DNA of 64,000 bases from Candidatus Woesearchaeota archaeon (GTDB lineage: Archaea; Nanobdellota; Nanobdellia; Woesearchaeales; JACPIF01). The stretch spans positions 2,139 through 66,138 of the forward strand of contig JACPIF010000011.1 in assembly GCA_016188215.1 (NCBI GenBank), in the 5' to 3' direction. The translations under genes were made by a program, and so were the position numbers. This document shows, one piece after another, positions 62,148-64,000 of this stretch (the stretch's first letter is position 1; each line of letters begins with the position of its first letter). The notes under the pieces are model-generated. The model saw only the letters and a program-made list of their open reading frames with translations. It ran no database searches and was not told the origin of the DNA.

Positions 62148-62680
62148 GACGCAAATTCATATCTTGGCTCTTTAAACTTTTGATCTATTCTTTTTCTTAC
62201 TGGAAATTTTCTTTGCTCCTCAAAATCAGTTACCCGATCACTACTTATCCATGGATTATCCCTATAACCACAAAATCCTTGATGGATACCTTCTTCATCA
62301 ATTTTTTGATTCACACGCTCGCCAGCGAATCTCATCACTAAAACAGAATCTTCTCCAATAACAGTTGGCATTCTTTGCTCTGCAGCATATCTTATAATTT
62401 TATCCATCGGAGTTCTTATAAGTTCATGCAGTCCATATTCAACTCTCAAGTGCTCTAAAGTCTCAAGAGTTCCAAAAAGCATACCATTGCTGAGCCTCAT
62501 TGCCCTAAAAGCTTTCACCTCTTCAGGAGCTAAAAAAGCATCAATGCTTATTCCCGTTGCATTTAAAACTAAACCGGCTATTTGCTCTGCAATGGTTCCT
62601 GAACTTCCTCTATCACTCATTGATATTTTTTCATTAGGCCTGCGATAAGGGGCCATATATGTTCCTGGCTGACTACTCAT
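62144..62680 (-). CDS. hypothetical protein
   Basis: 178-aa ORF, AT-rich. No motif recognised. Confidence 0.5.
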   Translation of the reverse strand: MSSQPGTYMAPYRRPNEKISMSDRGSSGTIAEQIAGLVLNATGISIDAFLAPEEVKAFRAMRLSNGMLFGTLETLEHLRVEYGLHELIRTPMDKIIRYAAEQRMPTVIGEDSVLVMRFAGERVNQKIDEEGIHQGFCGYRDNPWISSDRVTDFEEQRKFPVRKRIDQKFKEPRYEFAS

Positions 62681-62762
62681 AGCATTCCCTCCTTTAGAAA
62701 ATCATATATCTTAAATACCAACACCATTAAAAATTAATAAATGTGATAATATTTAAGCTTTT

Positions 62763-64000
62763 CTACAGTTCAACAATCACCTTTAGATCTTTCTCAGTTC
62801 CTGGCTTAATCTCAAGCACCTCTGCCTTCAGTACAGCCTTGATATCCTGCTCCAATGCCTTCAGGGCATCTGCTTTGTTCGTAGTTATCACAATCTTTTT
62901 GGCAGGCGCTGCCATGGACAGTTTCTTCTCACTTTTTGCCTTCCTTGCATGCGCAATAATCTCTACCGCAATATCCCCTGCTTCTGCAGCTGCAGCATTA
63001 ATCAGCTTTCGTTGCACTTTTGGCCATGCTGTGCTGTGCACGCTCTTCACTCCCTCAACCTGCGCAAAATGCAGCTGGTAGACCTCATCAGTGATGAACG
63101 GCGTGAAGGGAGCCATAAGCTTGAGCACCGCAAGAAGGGTGTGGTACAGAGTAAAGCGTGCAGACTCATAAGCCTGCTGCGTATATGCGCTTTTATTGTA
63201 CAGTCTATCTTTTACAATCTCAAGATAATTGTCGCACAGGATATGCCAGAAGAACTGTTCAGTGTCAGCCTTGACCCGGTAATACTCATACTTGTCAAAC
63301 GCTTTTGTGCTCTGCAGTATTAATGTATGCAGCTTAGAAAGGAGCCAAGCATCTATTGCTTCCAATTTTGTTTTTCTCGGCTTGTGTCCTTCCAGATGAG
63401 AAAGCGCAAACTTGCTCGCGTTCCATAACTTGGTTGCGAACCGCTGCCCTGTCATAAGGTCTTTCTCCTGGTACGGCAGGTCATCCCCCAGCTTGCTGCC
63501 AGCAGCCCAGAATCTCAGGGCATCCGCGCCGAACTTCTCAATCACATCCTGCGGATTTATCACATTGCCCAGGCTTTTAGACATTTTCTTGCCATGAGGG
63601 TCCAAAGCATGCCCTGAGATGATAGTATCATGCCATGGATTAGTCTTGTAGTGCAGCTGGCTCTTTACAACAGTGTAGAACAGCCAGAACGTGATGATGT
63701 CGTGCGCCTGCGGCCTGAGGCTCATGGGAAACAGCCTGCTATAAATTGGCTTGTCCTTGAACAGCTCAATGGCAATCTGTGGTGTCAATGATGAGGTTGC
63801 CCAGGTGTCAAACACATCTTTCTCCGGAATAAACTCGTTGCTGCCGCATTTGCATGCCTTTCTCGGCTTGTCCTTGAGCGGATCAACCGGCAGCTCATTG
63901 ATTTCAGCAAGCATTACCTCGTTGCACTTCTTGCAGTACCATAACGGAAAAGGAACTCCAAAATACCTTTGCCGTGAAATGCACCAATCCCACCGCAGCC
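62763..64000 (-). CDS. valS: valine--tRNA ligase, C-terminal part (the CDS continues past the window end)
   Basis: KMSKSLGNVI, GADALRFW, ATKLWNASKF. The frame stays open upstream of the track Met to 64000 (..DWCISRQRYFGVPFPLWYCKKC..). Confidence 0.85.
   Translation of the reverse strand, partial: LRWDWCISRQRYFGVPFPLWYCKKCNEVMLAEINELPVDPLKDKPRKACKCGSNEFIPEKDVFDTWATSSLTPQIAIELFKDKPIYSRLFPMSLRPQAHDIITFWLFYTVVKSQLHYKTNPWHDTIISGHALDPHGKKMSKSLGNVINPQDVIEKFGADALRFWAAGSKLGDDLPYQEKDLMTGQRFATKLWNASKFALSHLEGHKPRKTKLEAIDAWLLSKLHTLILQSTKAFDKYEYYRVKADTEQFFWHILCDNYLEIVKDRLYNKSAYTQQAYESARFTLYHTLLAVLKLMAPFTPFITDEVYQLHFAQVEGVKSVHSTAWPKVQRKLINAAAAEAGDIAVEIIAHARKAKSEKKLSMAAPAKKIVITTNKADALKALEQDIKAVLKAEVLEIKPGTEKDLKVIVEL

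Overview
This window looks like an archaeal chromosome segment. It carries Top6A, ABCE1, Nop5 plus fibrillarin, deoxyhypusine synthase, an archaeal-type UMP kinase, SecF/SecD, intron-bearing tRNAs and many tiny zinc-ribbon ORFs. This would suit a small-genome (DPANN-like) lineage, but lineage cannot be established from the sequence alone. Most of the window is housekeeping: msrB, trmI, purL/purQ, pyrG, pyrH, cysS, valS (partial), an ABC1/UbiB-type kinase and a PadR-controlled MacB/FtsX-type ABC transporter operon. No rRNA genes, CRISPR arrays or box C/D sRNAs were recognised.

The accessory and unusual content is as follows:
1. A roughly 5.7 kb AT-rich integrative element sits in tRNA-Cys. It is bounded by a 16-bp direct repeat and carries an intact tyrosine integrase.
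2. A tRNA-Arg(UCU) gene appears to carry three insertions, in the D loop, the anticodon loop and the T loop. It lies 3 nt upstream of tRNA-Cys.
3. A second, intron-bearing tRNA-like gene has non-canonical conserved positions.
4. A family of GC-rich multi-hairpin elements (GTCC..GGAC type) sits just downstream of plus-strand genes.
5. An AT-rich island between pyrG and secF holds an IS6-like transposase, an AbrB-like plus trypco2-like gene pair and AGGTATCTAA iterons.
6. ABCE1 has a degenerate Fe-S domain and is translationally coupled to a SET-domain methyltransferase.
7. There is a PurS-PurL fusion.
8. There is an acyl-adenylate ligase fused to a GNAT-like domain.

All functional calls rest on motif-level reading of the supplied translations. 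No database search was run.
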